A stretch of DNA of 64,000 nt from Bacteroidota bacterium (GCA_036846145.1 DAIUCM010000001.1:7350-71349), one strand, 5' to 3'. Shown: positions 47,686-57,265, counted from the stretch's first letter. Numbers and translations: made by a program. Notes: generated from the sequence alone by a model not told the origin.

Positions 47686-47755
47686 CATATATATTATAGC
47701 CTTAAAATGCTTTGTGTATTAAAACGCAAAGCATTTTTTGGTTAAGGCATATATG
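47686..47755. repeat. two motif copies in inverted orientation (47686-47713 forward, 47728-47755 reverse)
   Basis: gCATATATAttatagccttaaaATGCTTTgtgtattaaaacgcAAAGCATtttttggttaaggCATATATGt. Confidence 0.75.
47704..47739 (+). terminator. intrinsic terminator after thioredoxin-fold paralog 3, built from two inverted copies of the ATGCTTT half-motif
   Basis: AAAATGCTTTGTGT-attaaa-ACGCAAAGCATTTT then TTGG. The 14-bp stem has one G.U, and the T-run is partly within and partly after the stem. Confidence 0.6.
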
Positions 47756-47941
47756 TAAATTCAATATCATTTTGTTAAGGATTTTCTTGTCAAATTTCTG
47801 TAATAATTTCGGTGCGGATTGCGTGAAGATTTGATTCGTGTCTATTAGCAAATACTAAAAGTTGGCGTTAGTGGACTGACACATTTCATAAGCCCCAAGG
47901 CATTACTCTAATAACAAATTACAAAACCTTTCGAAAAGAAA

Positions 47942-47974
47942 AAAAGGAGCAATCAAATTAATGATTACTCCTTT
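47942..47974 (-). terminator. intrinsic terminator downstream of the lipoprotein/beta-barrel gene pair
   Basis: AAAGGAG-N19-CTCCTTT hairpin. On the minus strand it is followed by a T-run (complement of gaaaagaaaaaaa 47931-47943). Confidence 0.5.
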
Positions 47975-48158
47975 ATTATACAATCAGCTCAATAAAAGTA
48001 ACAATTGCAGATGGCCTGATTAAATATATTAAATTATAATCTAGTAGACTGGCCTTGAATTATGCACTGTAACATTAATTACAGCAATGTAAATTATGCG
48101 CTAATATAAAATAGAAACGTTGCGTGTGCGAAGCTATTTTTTAACCAGCCAATGTTAA

Positions 48159-48926
48159 TTATTGCCTGCAAATAAGCCTGCCGCTGCCGGTTAGCGTAAA
48201 ATCGCCGTAAAACTTCATATCGCAGAAAGTAGCCACCAAATTTCCGTTCTCAATGGTTACGTTTACACGGCCTTTTTCCTCAGATGAAGGGTAATACCAC
48301 CTGCCGCCAAGCAGTACGCGTATCATAACTTCATCGGCTCCCATAAAGGATAAGCTTTTGCTTGATATAGGATAAGACCTGGCTGAGGTTGGCCTTGTGG
48401 CAGTTCCAAAAAACAGCTCAAAATCGCTTTGGCTGTTGCCGCCTGAAATTGAAAATTTATTATCGTTACTATGGCTTCCGCCGCAATACGTATTGTTGTA
48501 CTTTAAGTCGTAACCCAGGCCGTTAAACCTTATAACATTATCGGGTATGGTACATTTTACAGCTGGCGGCGTTACTTTAACCAATACTTCGGCGGCCTCG
48601 CTTCTGCAATAGTTGCGTGTATTATATATCTTATAGATGCCGGCTTTTTCCTGCGTTGCATTGTAAACGGTAGCATTTTCGGAGTAGTAAGAAACATCAA
48701 CATCTTTTGGCCCAACTATAGTAACAGTTGTGTTATCATCGGGCCTGCGTGGCATGGGTATTAAAATGGTTTCGCCTTCCTGCACTTCTACAACGGTTTG
48801 CGTTAATACCGGCTTTTTTACTGTTTCACAGCCGGGAGGCGCACTCTCATCATAGCAGCTGCTTAGCGAAAATATTATTGTAAGCGGCAAAAGCATTCTG
48901 CCTAAACTATTTTTTAGCGTATTCAT
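48159..48926 (-). CDS. hypothetical lipoprotein
   Basis: 255 aa. Signal peptide with lipobox ...IIFSLSSC-YDES. No recognised domain. Confidence 0.55.
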   Translation of the reverse strand: MNTLKNSLGRMLLPLTIIFSLSSCYDESAPPGCETVKKPVLTQTVVEVQEGETILIPMPRRPDDNTTVTIVGPKDVDVSYYSENATVYNATQEKAGIYKIYNTRNYCRSEAAEVLVKVTPPAVKCTIPDNVIRFNGLGYDLKYNNTYCGGSHSNDNKFSISGGNSQSDFELFFGTATRPTSARSYPISSKSLSFMGADEVMIRVLLGGRWYYPSSEEKGRVNVTIENGNLVATFCDMKFYGDFTLTGSGRLICRQ

Positions 48927-48963
48927 ATATGTAAGCGGTTAATTATTTGTGTTGATTTTTATA

Positions 48964-50004
48964 TTAAAGTTTAGCGTTTAAACTTACTGCAATGCGTACG
49001 TTTAAATAAATAAGGTTCAAAGCGCTGCTGCCTGGCCCTGGACGTAAACCACCCTCAATTCCATAATTAAGGCCAACAACCGAGGTTGAATAAGTATTGT
49101 AACCGGCACGTATGCCAAAGCGCGACCTTGCTGTGCTGTCGTTTACATTGGCTGTAATTATCTCATTCGAACCACTTGAGTTAGAGCCTTGTATAAGCAT
49201 ATCGGAATATACAATTGCAGGGGCGTATAAAAGGTCTAAATAAACTTCAGATTTTCCTTTTGATTCTCTTTCGCCAATATCTGTAACATCAATTAATATA
49301 TCGGTTACAGTTGTTCGCGAAACACCAAGGTTTATCATGTTCATACCCATCATGGTACTGTAATTTCCATAGTCGTAAACACGGTTTGGGCTTCCATCTT
49401 TAGGTATGGCAACAAAACCAACCGTATTGCCCGAGCCGGCGCTAATGTTCGACCTTAAAGAATGAAATCCCAGGCGCGCGCCATACATGGTTAGCTCATC
49501 TGCCGGTACAGGTATATAATAATTTGTGGTTACTCTGCCGCTCGATTCGCTTTTAACGGTTATGTTCTCGGTTACCGATTTCAATTGGCTGAAAAAGAAA
49601 TAAGTACCGCCAAACTGTATATTGCGGAAAGGCGAATTTCCAGATGCTGACACACCGGTATTGCTTGTGTATGAGTTTATTACATTTTCACTCCCGTTAT
49701 CGTAATACAGGGCATACTGGTAAGCGCCATGCACCGCAAACTTATTGTTGAAATTATAATATGCGCCTAAATCGGCACCGGCAGCGCCATTAAACACGGA
49801 AAGATCGAAGAAGAACGGCGATACGGTAACGTGCAGGTTTTTAGCGCCTTCCGGGTCATTTCTTATAAGTTTGTAAAGTTCTTTATCCTTACCGGTACCT
49901 TTTTTTGAACCTTTTTTTTGAGCAAGTGCGGCATGCGGTGCAGCAAAAACGGCAAAAGCCATTGCAGCGGCAAAACCTGCCGATTTAAACGTTTTCAGTT
50001 TCAT
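48964..50004 (-). CDS. hypothetical outer-membrane beta-barrel protein
   Basis: 346 aa. Signal peptide MKLKTFKSAGFAAAMAFAVFAAPHAALA, abundant alternating aromatic/Gly beta-strand pattern, C-terminal ...LNVRIAVSLNAKL. Confidence 0.55.
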   Translation of the reverse strand: MKLKTFKSAGFAAAMAFAVFAAPHAALAQKKGSKKGTGKDKELYKLIRNDPEGAKNLHVTVSPFFFDLSVFNGAAGADLGAYYNFNNKFAVHGAYQYALYYDNGSENVINSYTSNTGVSASGNSPFRNIQFGGTYFFFSQLKSVTENITVKSESSGRVTTNYYIPVPADELTMYGARLGFHSLRSNISAGSGNTVGFVAIPKDGSPNRVYDYGNYSTMMGMNMINLGVSRTTVTDILIDVTDIGERESKGKSEVYLDLLYAPAIVYSDMLIQGSNSSGSNEIITANVNDSTARSRFGIRAGYNTYSTSVVGLNYGIEGGLRPGPGSSALNLIYLNVRIAVSLNAKL

Positions 50005-50202
50005 GTTATAGTGAGGTTTGTTTGTATATGCGGATTAATTATTGCGAAAATAAACTTTTTCCATATTTTAATATCATAAAATTACATCTTTAGTAATAAT
50101 AATCCTGGTTGCCTATATATTGGGTTTCTGAAAAATGCTTTGGCCACTGCATTAATGGTTTGTATATCGAAAATTAAACACGTGCAAATCTGTTATAAAG
50201 AC

Positions 50203-50290
50203 ACGCGTAAAAATGCGCGCCAGCGGAGTTACTGTATTTAGATTTTGCTGTACTTATGCTGAGTTGAGCTGGCGCGCGTTTTTACGCGTG
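50203..50290. repeat. GC-rich 22-bp inverted repeat with 43-nt loop in divergent intergenic region
   Basis: Arm 1 ACGCGTAAAAATGCGCGCCAGC (50203-50224) pairs with arm 2 GCTGGCGCGCGTTTTTACGCGTG (50268-50290) with a single T/C mismatch. Confidence 0.75.
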
Positions 50291-50424
50291 CCAAAAATAG
50301 TATATTCCGACAATCAGGTTATACCAGTTTATAACGCAGCAATTATTATTATGAAATATTGAGGTTTTAATACTTTTATGGAGAATTGTACGTTAAACTG
50401 GTTTTCGCTATCAATTAAAAACTA

Positions 50425-50793
50425 TTGTTTAAAATGAAAAAACTATACTTTTTTTACCTGCTGGTTGCACTTTTTGCTGTTAGTGCGTGTACAGATGAAA
50501 AAAAAGCCGAAGCAGATAAATTTTTACATGAAGGCGAACAGAAAATAATTGCGCAGGATTTTACCGGCGCGGAAGAAAGTTTCAGCAAAGCTATAACACT
50601 TGACCCTGAACGTTATACACCTTACCATGGCCGTGGAGAAGTACGCATACTAATTGGTAAAAAAGAGGAAGGCTTACAGGACCTGGCAAAAGCAATGAAG
50701 CTGATGGAGGAAAACCACAACCTTAACGACCCGCAATATAAAGCCGCTTTTGAGGGCATAAAACTAAAGTACGAACGCACGGGCGGAAAATAA
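50425..50793 (+). CDS. tetratricopeptide-repeat lipoprotein
   Basis: 122 aa, lipobox ...LFAVSAC-TDEKK, TPR-like ...AEESFSKAITLDPERYTPYHGRGEVRILIGKKEEGLQDLAKA... Confidence 0.6.
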   Translation: MFKMKKLYFFYLLVALFAVSACTDEKKAEADKFLHEGEQKIIAQDFTGAEESFSKAITLDPERYTPYHGRGEVRILIGKKEEGLQDLAKAMKLMEENHNLNDPQYKAAFEGIKLKYERTGGK

Positions 50794-50838
50794 GATGTAA
50801 CGCATATAGCGGCAAGCCAGAAAATACCTTGACAATAA

Positions 50839-51588
50839 TTATTGTATGTTTAGCTTGTGCGTAAATACTGCCTTGCCCTGCTGCACCCGTACAATATAAA
50901 GGCCGCTTTTTAGTTGCGATACGTCAACAGCAGCCCGGCCTGTTTGCGTATAATTCCGGTTGATTAATGTTTGCCCCTGCAGACTGGTTATCATTACATT
51001 GAACCCTTTATTATCTGCCGAAGCAATATTTACGCTGCCTGAAGCCGGATTAGGATAGCAACTAAACTGCGCCATGTTATTACCAGAAAATTCTGTAATA
51101 CCGGTGGGGCTCCTGTAGGTTATATCATAGTAAAGGTTAGCTATATCAGCAGAATCTTTTGTGTTGATTACTTTATAATGTATTTTGCTTTTGCCGTTAA
51201 TATCATGGCTCTCAACATGGAAAGCAATAAAACATGTAGTATCATTTATACCGAAATCAGCTATAAAGCGGCCATAATCCGATAAAAAATTCACGCACTC
51301 GCCATTAAAGCATGATGTTACAAGCCAATCCGGATGTATAGAGTCGGAAACTTTTTCGTATCTATAATCTGATGATTTATACTTCCCTGTGTTGAAAAAA
51401 ATACGGGTTTCATCATAAGCCACATCAACATTAATAATGGTATCAACTACATTACTTTTGGGGAATGAAATCTGTGCATTTACCGTACAAGCGCCAGTAA
51501 GCAGCATTAAAATGCATATAAACGAAGCTGCATACTTGTAAATAAGCGGTAATTTATATTGGCAATACGAAATTAAAGAGGAAAACAT
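50839..51588 (-). CDS. T9SS type A sorting domain-containing secreted protein
   Basis: 249 aa. C-terminal ~70 aa ...NPASGSVNIASADNKGFNVMITSLQGQTLINRNYTQTGRAAVDVSQLKSGLYIVRVQQGKAVFTHKLNIQ matches the Por secretion C-terminal sorting domain. Confidence 0.7.
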   Translation of the reverse strand: MFSSLISYCQYKLPLIYKYAASFICILMLLTGACTVNAQISFPKSNVVDTIINVDVAYDETRIFFNTGKYKSSDYRYEKVSDSIHPDWLVTSCFNGECVNFLSDYGRFIADFGINDTTCFIAFHVESHDINGKSKIHYKVINTKDSADIANLYYDITYRSPTGITEFSGNNMAQFSCYPNPASGSVNIASADNKGFNVMITSLQGQTLINRNYTQTGRAAVDVSQLKSGLYIVRVQQGKAVFTHKLNIQ

Positions 51589-51627
51589 TCAAAAAGCCTG
51601 AATATTATGTTGCAAAATACAACAAAG

Positions 51628-52218
51628 CTATTTTGAGCTGTAATTATATTTCCGCATCGTATAAGCATCTAAAGAATCATGCGCCGCTTTATTGTTCGGA
51701 TTTTTGAAAGCTTCAATCTTTAGCCTTGCCAGCTCCGGATCATCATGATGCTGCAAATTAAGCAGAGTGCTTAAAGGCGTTATGTATAAAACAACTACTG
51801 CAAGCCCGAGTACAATGGTTCTCTTCAGCATATTATTATAATACGTTTGCAGGTTATCTTTGGTTTTGTTAGACAAAACAGTGATAATAAGCACAATAAA
51901 TGCGCAAATAATGCCAGTTACCAGCATTACTTCCGCACCTCCCCAATACAACAGTTTAAACAAAATGGCAATAGGTAGAATGGATAATAAAATACCAGCG
52001 GTAATGCTGAATGGAATATTTTGCCTGCCCAAAGCTTTATCGGAAAACAAATAAAACCCGAATCCAAAATAAAGCAGGCTTAGGATTAGCATAGCGAGCA
52101 GGATTATATGGTTTGCTCCTTTCCAGTGAAGGTATTTAAAAACAAGCCCGATTATAAACAGTAACGCAAGGAGCTTTTCGGTACGCATAAAATAATTAAT
52201 AAAAGCAAACTTACACAA
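51628..52218 (-). CDS. hypothetical integral membrane protein (4-5 TM)
   Basis: 196 aa, highly hydrophobic. No recognised family. Confidence 0.5.
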   Translation of the reverse strand: MCKFAFINYFMRTEKLLALLFIIGLVFKYLHWKGANHIILLAMLILSLLYFGFGFYLFSDKALGRQNIPFSITAGILLSILPIAILFKLLYWGGAEVMLVTGIICAFIVLIITVLSNKTKDNLQTYYNNMLKRTIVLGLAVVVLYITPLSTLLNLQHHDDPELARLKIEAFKNPNNKAAHDSLDAYTMRKYNYSSK

Positions 52219-52332
52219 TTAAACCGCATATAGCAATAACCTGTAAAATACTTTATTATATGCTTACCAATTATCATTATTATGCTTCAGCCAGGTTGGT
52301 TGCGAACTAAAGACTCGTGTTAATAAATCGAT

Positions 52333-53088
52333 TTACAGAAACTTAGGGCATTTATGGTATTGCCTGTAAAAAGTACAGGCCTCGTACTCACCTTTGTTAT
52401 TAAGACAGCAGATAACTGTTTTGTATAAACTTACCGGCAGCCTGTACTGTATGGTGAGGATAGCCTCAACAGCGCCCACGCTTTTCCAGCGGCCAACGCC
52501 CGGCTGATAAGATATTTCCGCAGGAACCGGGTAGCTTTTACGGTCTTTCAAAAAAGTGTATTGCGCCCCGGCATTAATTGTAATATTACGCGCCGGACGA
52601 TAACTTATACCGGTTTGCAATGCGGCGAAACTATTGAAATTATCATAACTTTTAACTTCTGCATTTCCGAATTCCCGGTAATCTTCTGCAATATCTGAAC
52701 CTATATAATAAAGCCCGGAAAATACATCTAACCTGCTTGGGAAAAACGAGTTAAGCAGATAATTTCTTACACCCAGCTTAATAAATGTTCCGCTTGATTT
52801 ATAATTATCAGCTTTTACGGGAGAAGCGCTGCTACGCGTAAAACCATTTGTAAAACAAATACTTGCAAACCTGTTCGGCCTGAATTCTGCAGCTAATTCA
52901 CCTGCGCCGCCAAATATAAACGAAGCTGTATTAACGCCAACACTAATACTTTCCAGTAATTGTGTAGGCCCGTCATATGAATAATACAACCTATCTTTAA
53001 GCTTATGATACAGCGCTTGTTCTTGTGCGGACAAAGTATTGAAACAAAGTACTGCTATAAGGCATATAATAAGTTTTGCGGCACTCAT
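52333..53088 (-). CDS. hypothetical secreted/outer-membrane protein with Cys-rich C-terminus
   Basis: 251 aa. Signal peptide MSAAKLIICLIAVLCFNTLSA-QEQ. C-terminal ...VICCLNNKGEYEACTFYRQYHKCPKFL. Confidence 0.5.
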   Translation of the reverse strand: MSAAKLIICLIAVLCFNTLSAQEQALYHKLKDRLYYSYDGPTQLLESISVGVNTASFIFGGAGELAAEFRPNRFASICFTNGFTRSSASPVKADNYKSSGTFIKLGVRNYLLNSFFPSRLDVFSGLYYIGSDIAEDYREFGNAEVKSYDNFNSFAALQTGISYRPARNITINAGAQYTFLKDRKSYPVPAEISYQPGVGRWKSVGAVEAILTIQYRLPVSLYKTVICCLNNKGEYEACTFYRQYHKCPKFL

Positions 53089-53252
53089 AACCGAAGCTTT
53101 AATAGTAGTAACTCTTACAAAAAGCTAAATAGTATTTATGGTACAAAATTTTGTACATACAGCTTCAGTAAAATATCGGAGTAAACTTTCAGATTACGCA
53201 CCTTATTAAGAAGATAACCGATTACAGCAATTTTTCATCAGCATTCCATATC

Positions 53253-53762
53253 TTACACTTCGTAAAAATGCTTTTGCAGGTAAACGGTATCCAGCAATCT
53301 GCCGAATTTAAATCCCATTTTTTTGAAATGCGCACACTGTGAAAAGCCGTTTTTCTCGAACATTTTTATGCTGGCTGTATTTTCCGCTGTGCATCCGGCC
53401 ACAAGTGTTCTAATGTCATTCTGTATAGCCATGTTTTCAAGGTATTTTACCGCTGCGCTGCCAATACCTTTAGCCGTAAATTCTGGTTTTAAATAAATGG
53501 TTACTTCTGCCGTATGCCTGTAAGCTTGCTGTTTTTTCCAAAGCATCAGCGAACAATAGCCTGCAACTTCATTTTCATCTTTAATTAAAAAAGTACCATA
53601 TATAGGATTGCTGAAAAATACTTTTTCGCGCATATCTTCCGCACTTAATATTTCTGTGTGGAATGTGGCGGTGGAATTGCGAACATAATTGTTTAGTATT
53701 TCTGCAAGCAGCGGTAAATGAGCTTCCTTTACTGCCTCGAACCGGTAAGATCTTGAATTCAC
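53253..53762 (-). CDS. GNAT family N-acetyltransferase (phosphinothricin/amino-acid acetyltransferase-like)
   Basis: 169 aa, ...TAEVTIYLKPEFTAKGIGSAAVKYLENMAIQNDIRTLVAGCTAENTASIKMFEKNGF... acetyl-CoA binding motif. Confidence 0.8.
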   Translation of the reverse strand: MNSRSYRFEAVKEAHLPLLAEILNNYVRNSTATFHTEILSAEDMREKVFFSNPIYGTFLIKDENEVAGYCSLMLWKKQQAYRHTAEVTIYLKPEFTAKGIGSAAVKYLENMAIQNDIRTLVAGCTAENTASIKMFEKNGFSQCAHFKKMGFKFGRLLDTVYLQKHFYEV

Positions 53763-53911
53763 ATGTTTGGTATTTGAAACATCAAAACTAAGAATTTTAC
53801 ATATAGGCTGAAATGAAAAAATACTTCACAGCAATTAATATTACAATTGTAATTTGGCGCAAACCAGGAAAAGAATAGTGGTATGCTTCCTGGGAAAAAG
53901 TACTGAACTAA

Positions 53912-54391
53912 TTAAAACTTTAATTGCAGCCCGATATTAGTTGGCGTTATGTTAAAGTGAAGAGAACTGCTTGTAGTGCCTGAGTTCCTGGATCTATTAT
54001 ATGTGGAAATAGCCTGGGCCACATAAAATTTACGCTGGTTGCTGAAATAATGCGATGCAATTAAACCAGCTATGCCCGCCCCGGCTACCGGCAGATTCAG
54101 CGGCTCGCCGGAAGCCAGCGCACCCAAGGAATAGCCGGCCAAAAAGCCTCCGGCCGCACCTGCACTTACGCTAAGATAATAGTTATTCAAAGCTTTTTTC
54201 ATATGTTCGTTCGCCTCAGCATTTGAGCTTACTATTTTCTTTAACTTAGCCATACCAATCACATTTTTACCATTATGATGGTAACGGTACACCAACGCAT
54301 TGCTTCTGTCTTCGATAGAATCTTTTCCGGCATCCTGGGCGTAAATATTGCCGCAGATACACAATAATGCCAATAAAAAAATGTGTTTCAT
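53912..54391 (-). CDS. hypothetical secreted protein
   Basis: 159 aa. Signal peptide MKHIFLLALLCICGNIYA-QDAG. Gly/Ala-rich central hydrophobic segment. Confidence 0.45.
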   Translation of the reverse strand: MKHIFLLALLCICGNIYAQDAGKDSIEDRSNALVYRYHHNGKNVIGMAKLKKIVSSNAEANEHMKKALNNYYLSVSAGAAGGFLAGYSLGALASGEPLNLPVAGAGIAGLIASHYFSNQRKFYVAQAISTYNRSRNSGTTSSSLHFNITPTNIGLQLKF

Positions 54392-54430
54392 GTTGAGATG
54401 CTAGTAAAAGCGAAAACTACAAAATACAGC

Positions 54431-54778
54431 TTATTTATTACTATAATTTATTTTTTTCTTTACTTTGGGTTTGGCGGCATATGTATATGCCAGTTCCAGC
54501 GCATTGTAAATAATAACTTTATCGGCATTTTGCAGCGCAAATGTAGTTACTCCTTTTTCGCCCCATTTGTTGTTTACCGGGTAAGCCGAAGCTCCATCTA
54601 AAGCGCAGAATTCTCGTTGATCTTCTACGGAAAGCATTAGGTTTGCGGTTTGGCTTTCTTCGTGTAAAGTGGCGAAAATTTTCCGGCCAATTACTTTAAA
54701 TGCGGTTCTGTCGAAATGCGGTGCTGAAGTTGTGTTGGGGAAAGAAAGCGCGATTTTACAGAATTCGTCAATGGTCAT
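54431..54778 (-). CDS. MmcQ/YjbR family DNA-binding protein
   Basis: 115 aa, MTIDEFCKIALSFPNTTSAPHFDRTAFKVIGRKIFATL... typical of YjbR. Confidence 0.75.
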   Translation of the reverse strand: MTIDEFCKIALSFPNTTSAPHFDRTAFKVIGRKIFATLHEESQTANLMLSVEDQREFCALDGASAYPVNNKWGEKGVTTFALQNADKVIIYNALELAYTYAAKPKVKKKINYSNK

Positions 54779-54783
54779 TTTTG

Positions 54784-54811
54784 CATATATACGTTGGCGG
54801 AAAAATGCTTT
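54784..54811 (+). repeat. bipartite motif copy 6 nt from the MmcQ/YjbR start codon (opposite strand)
   Basis: gCATATATAcgttggcggaaaaATGCTTTag. Confidence 0.7.
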
Positions 54812-54864
54812 AGTTTGATCTTTTATAATTTAACTGAAACGTACAGGTTTGGAAAGCCGCATCG

Positions 54865-56157
54865 TTACGGGCAATTCTCCATGCATTTACCTTCTTTTGT
54901 AAAGGTCGATTTTTTATTGTCTTTATAGGTGACAAACTGATCATTTCCGGCTTTTTCTATCCTGTCATAAATATGCGGAAGAATTTCATTTCCTTTATTA
55001 TCGGTTACGCCCCAGAGTTTATCCTTCCTCGTTTTTATGAGGTCGCCGTTCAGGCTTTCTACTTTGTTGAATATATAACCGCCGATTAGCTTCATGCTTT
55101 CGTAGTCAACCAAAGCGTATTTGCCGCCTACTTGTACAGCGAAACAACCAAAAGCCAGGTACATCTGTATGGCATCGTATTTTATATCCAGCACCTGCTT
55201 CCCGGTTTTATCAATTAGCCCAACTTTGCCGCCAATAAACACGTACAGCAATTCCTCGTTGTGGGCTTTTATGCCTTCATATTTCAAGGGAGTCATTTCC
55301 TTGCCCGTGTAGGCGTCAATAAGCAACATTTTGCCTTCGCGTTCACCTATAACGTGGTCGTAACCGCCAATGCGCAGATTATCGTAAATGGGCGGTATTA
55401 TTTCCTCGCATTCCCTGTTCAGTGCGCCCATTTTACCATTCAGCTTTATGGCCGCAAGCCTAGTATTTCCCACACGGCGGAACGATGTACTGATTTCGGA
55501 ATAGTTTCTTTTGGTAAGTACCTGCCCGGTTTCGGTATCCAGTATCATCCACATCTTGTTTTGCCTGGCAAGTACACCCAAGCTGTGAATAATGAGGCTG
55601 TCATAAGCTACGGGTATGCGAGTCCTGCCTTCTTTATCTATGAATCCCCATTTGTTTTTGCTTTTTACAAAGGCTGCATCTGTAGAGAGATAATTAACCG
55701 CATCGTACTGTTCCGCCACTTCATGCAGGGTGTTTGATTTGGCCTGGGTATGATCTGTCAGGAATGACATGCCTACAATCTCCCAATCGGCTTTATTGCA
55801 ATTCGCGTTGGAGAGGTTTTTGACTTTTTTTAGCCGTACCTGGTAGTACATTTTTATATTGATGAGCTTATCGTTATAGCCATAAGATTTCGCATCTGCA
55901 TAAGACCCGATTGTATAGAAATCGCCGATCCTTTTAAAGTCGATCTGTGGATGAAATTTCGTGCTGTCGGGATGTACAATCTGTTTTTTTATTGTTTGCA
56001 GGAAAACATCGTAAGCGCATTTGTCCTGGCCCGTTAAATCCGCAATCCTGGTTTGCTGGTTTAATTCAGCTTGTGCAAAGGCTGTGAAACCGACGTGTAA
56101 GAAAATAAACAGGCACAAATACTTCATTCCAATATTTTGATCCCGTAAATCTACCAA
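54865..56157 (-). CDS. WG-repeat-containing protein
   Basis: 430 aa. Signal peptide plus repeated ...KWGFIDKEGRTRIP..., ...KMWMILDTETGQVL..., ...KLWGVTDNKGNEILP... units. Confidence 0.7.
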   Translation of the reverse strand: MVDLRDQNIGMKYLCLFIFLHVGFTAFAQAELNQQTRIADLTGQDKCAYDVFLQTIKKQIVHPDSTKFHPQIDFKRIGDFYTIGSYADAKSYGYNDKLINIKMYYQVRLKKVKNLSNANCNKADWEIVGMSFLTDHTQAKSNTLHEVAEQYDAVNYLSTDAAFVKSKNKWGFIDKEGRTRIPVAYDSLIIHSLGVLARQNKMWMILDTETGQVLTKRNYSEISTSFRRVGNTRLAAIKLNGKMGALNRECEEIIPPIYDNLRIGGYDHVIGEREGKMLLIDAYTGKEMTPLKYEGIKAHNEELLYVFIGGKVGLIDKTGKQVLDIKYDAIQMYLAFGCFAVQVGGKYALVDYESMKLIGGYIFNKVESLNGDLIKTRKDKLWGVTDNKGNEILPHIYDRIEKAGNDQFVTYKDNKKSTFTKEGKCMENCP

Positions 56158-56282
56158 ATTATAGTACTACAACCAAAAATGACTTGTTATTCTGGCATTA
56201 AATGTTGCGGATAGTAAAGGCTGTTTCCATATATGATTTGGCTGTAAAATATGTTGCTTTGACTTATTAAGATTTAAAATTC

Positions 56283-56945
56283 TCACCACTTAAATGACCT
56301 GTACTTTTTTGAACTGTTTATATCAGAGAGTGAAAAACCATTTTTCATTAAGTTAATAAGTTTAAGGACTCTGATTACCTCCTCTGATTTTACATACGCA
56401 TGTTCAGGGTTGCTCCAATAAATAAACTTATAAGTGTCCGGAGTAGAAATTTCAATGCTATATTGAAGTCCATCTTCAAGGTTAAAAAAATAAAGTCCAT
56501 CTTTAATGAAAAAATTATGCACGCAATCAACCTCTTGTTGATCTTTTAGCTTTAATATGTCAATTTCGTCAAGTATCTTCTGTATAGAATCCCAAGTGTT
56601 TACCGGAGATAAATTAAATACGCCAAAATCCTTGATATATAAATCGTTTGGTGAAAAATTAACCGGAACAACTTTATATTTCCAGTCAATACTTCTTGCT
56701 TTCCACTTTTTATTCGAATATTTTAATTCATACGTAGTAGATGTTGGCGAAACAGATGCATGTGCGTAAAACCTAATAAAGATTGAATCACTATTTGTAC
56801 GTAAATCAATTAATGAATCATGCAAATTTGATTTTATAGTTGAATTAAATTGAACCGTGTCATAATAGATTATCCTCTTACCTATTTGTGCATTTGTACG
56901 CTGTGCAAGCAGAAATGCCCAAAAGAATATTATGCAGAAACGCAT
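56283..56945 (-). CDS. hypothetical secreted protein
   Basis: 220 aa, signal peptide MRFCIIFFWAFLLAQRTNA. Confidence 0.45.
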   Translation of the reverse strand: MRFCIIFFWAFLLAQRTNAQIGKRIIYYDTVQFNSTIKSNLHDSLIDLRTNSDSIFIRFYAHASVSPTSTTYELKYSNKKWKARSIDWKYKVVPVNFSPNDLYIKDFGVFNLSPVNTWDSIQKILDEIDILKLKDQQEVDCVHNFFIKDGLYFFNLEDGLQYSIEISTPDTYKFIYWSNPEHAYVKSEEVIRVLKLINLMKNGFSLSDINSSKKYRSFKW

Positions 56946-57076
56946 TATTAAAGCAATTTAGTAAAAGTCATATTCATTTGAAAATTGACCGCGTAACCGC
57001 CAACAACAAGAAATTCTACACCAGATTTTTGAAGCGCAACAAGAACCTCAGAAGTGTACGCATCAAGAATATTCAT

Positions 57077-57265
57077 TTAAGATTGTGAGATGATTTTGAT
57101 GAAATGTTTTTTCGGCAGGTTTTCCGGATCGTAACCATGCATTCCATAAGCCAGGTTTATACTTTTGCGTAAATGCATTAATCTTTCAACGGGCGTTAAA
57201 GATAAACTGTAAGCTCTTTCTGCTTCTTCCTGCTCTTCGAATGATTTGTATATCTTTAATTTCAT
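57077..57265 (-). CDS. hypothetical small protein
   Basis: ORF-track entry 57077..57340 trimmed to the internal ATG (complement 57263-57265) so that it abuts, rather than overlaps, the upstream 57270..57530 ORF. MKLKIYKSFEEQEEAERAYSLSLTPVERLMHLRK... Confidence 0.35.
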   Translation of the reverse strand: MKLKIYKSFEEQEEAERAYSLSLTPVERLMHLRKSINLAYGMHGYDPENLPKKHFIKIISQS

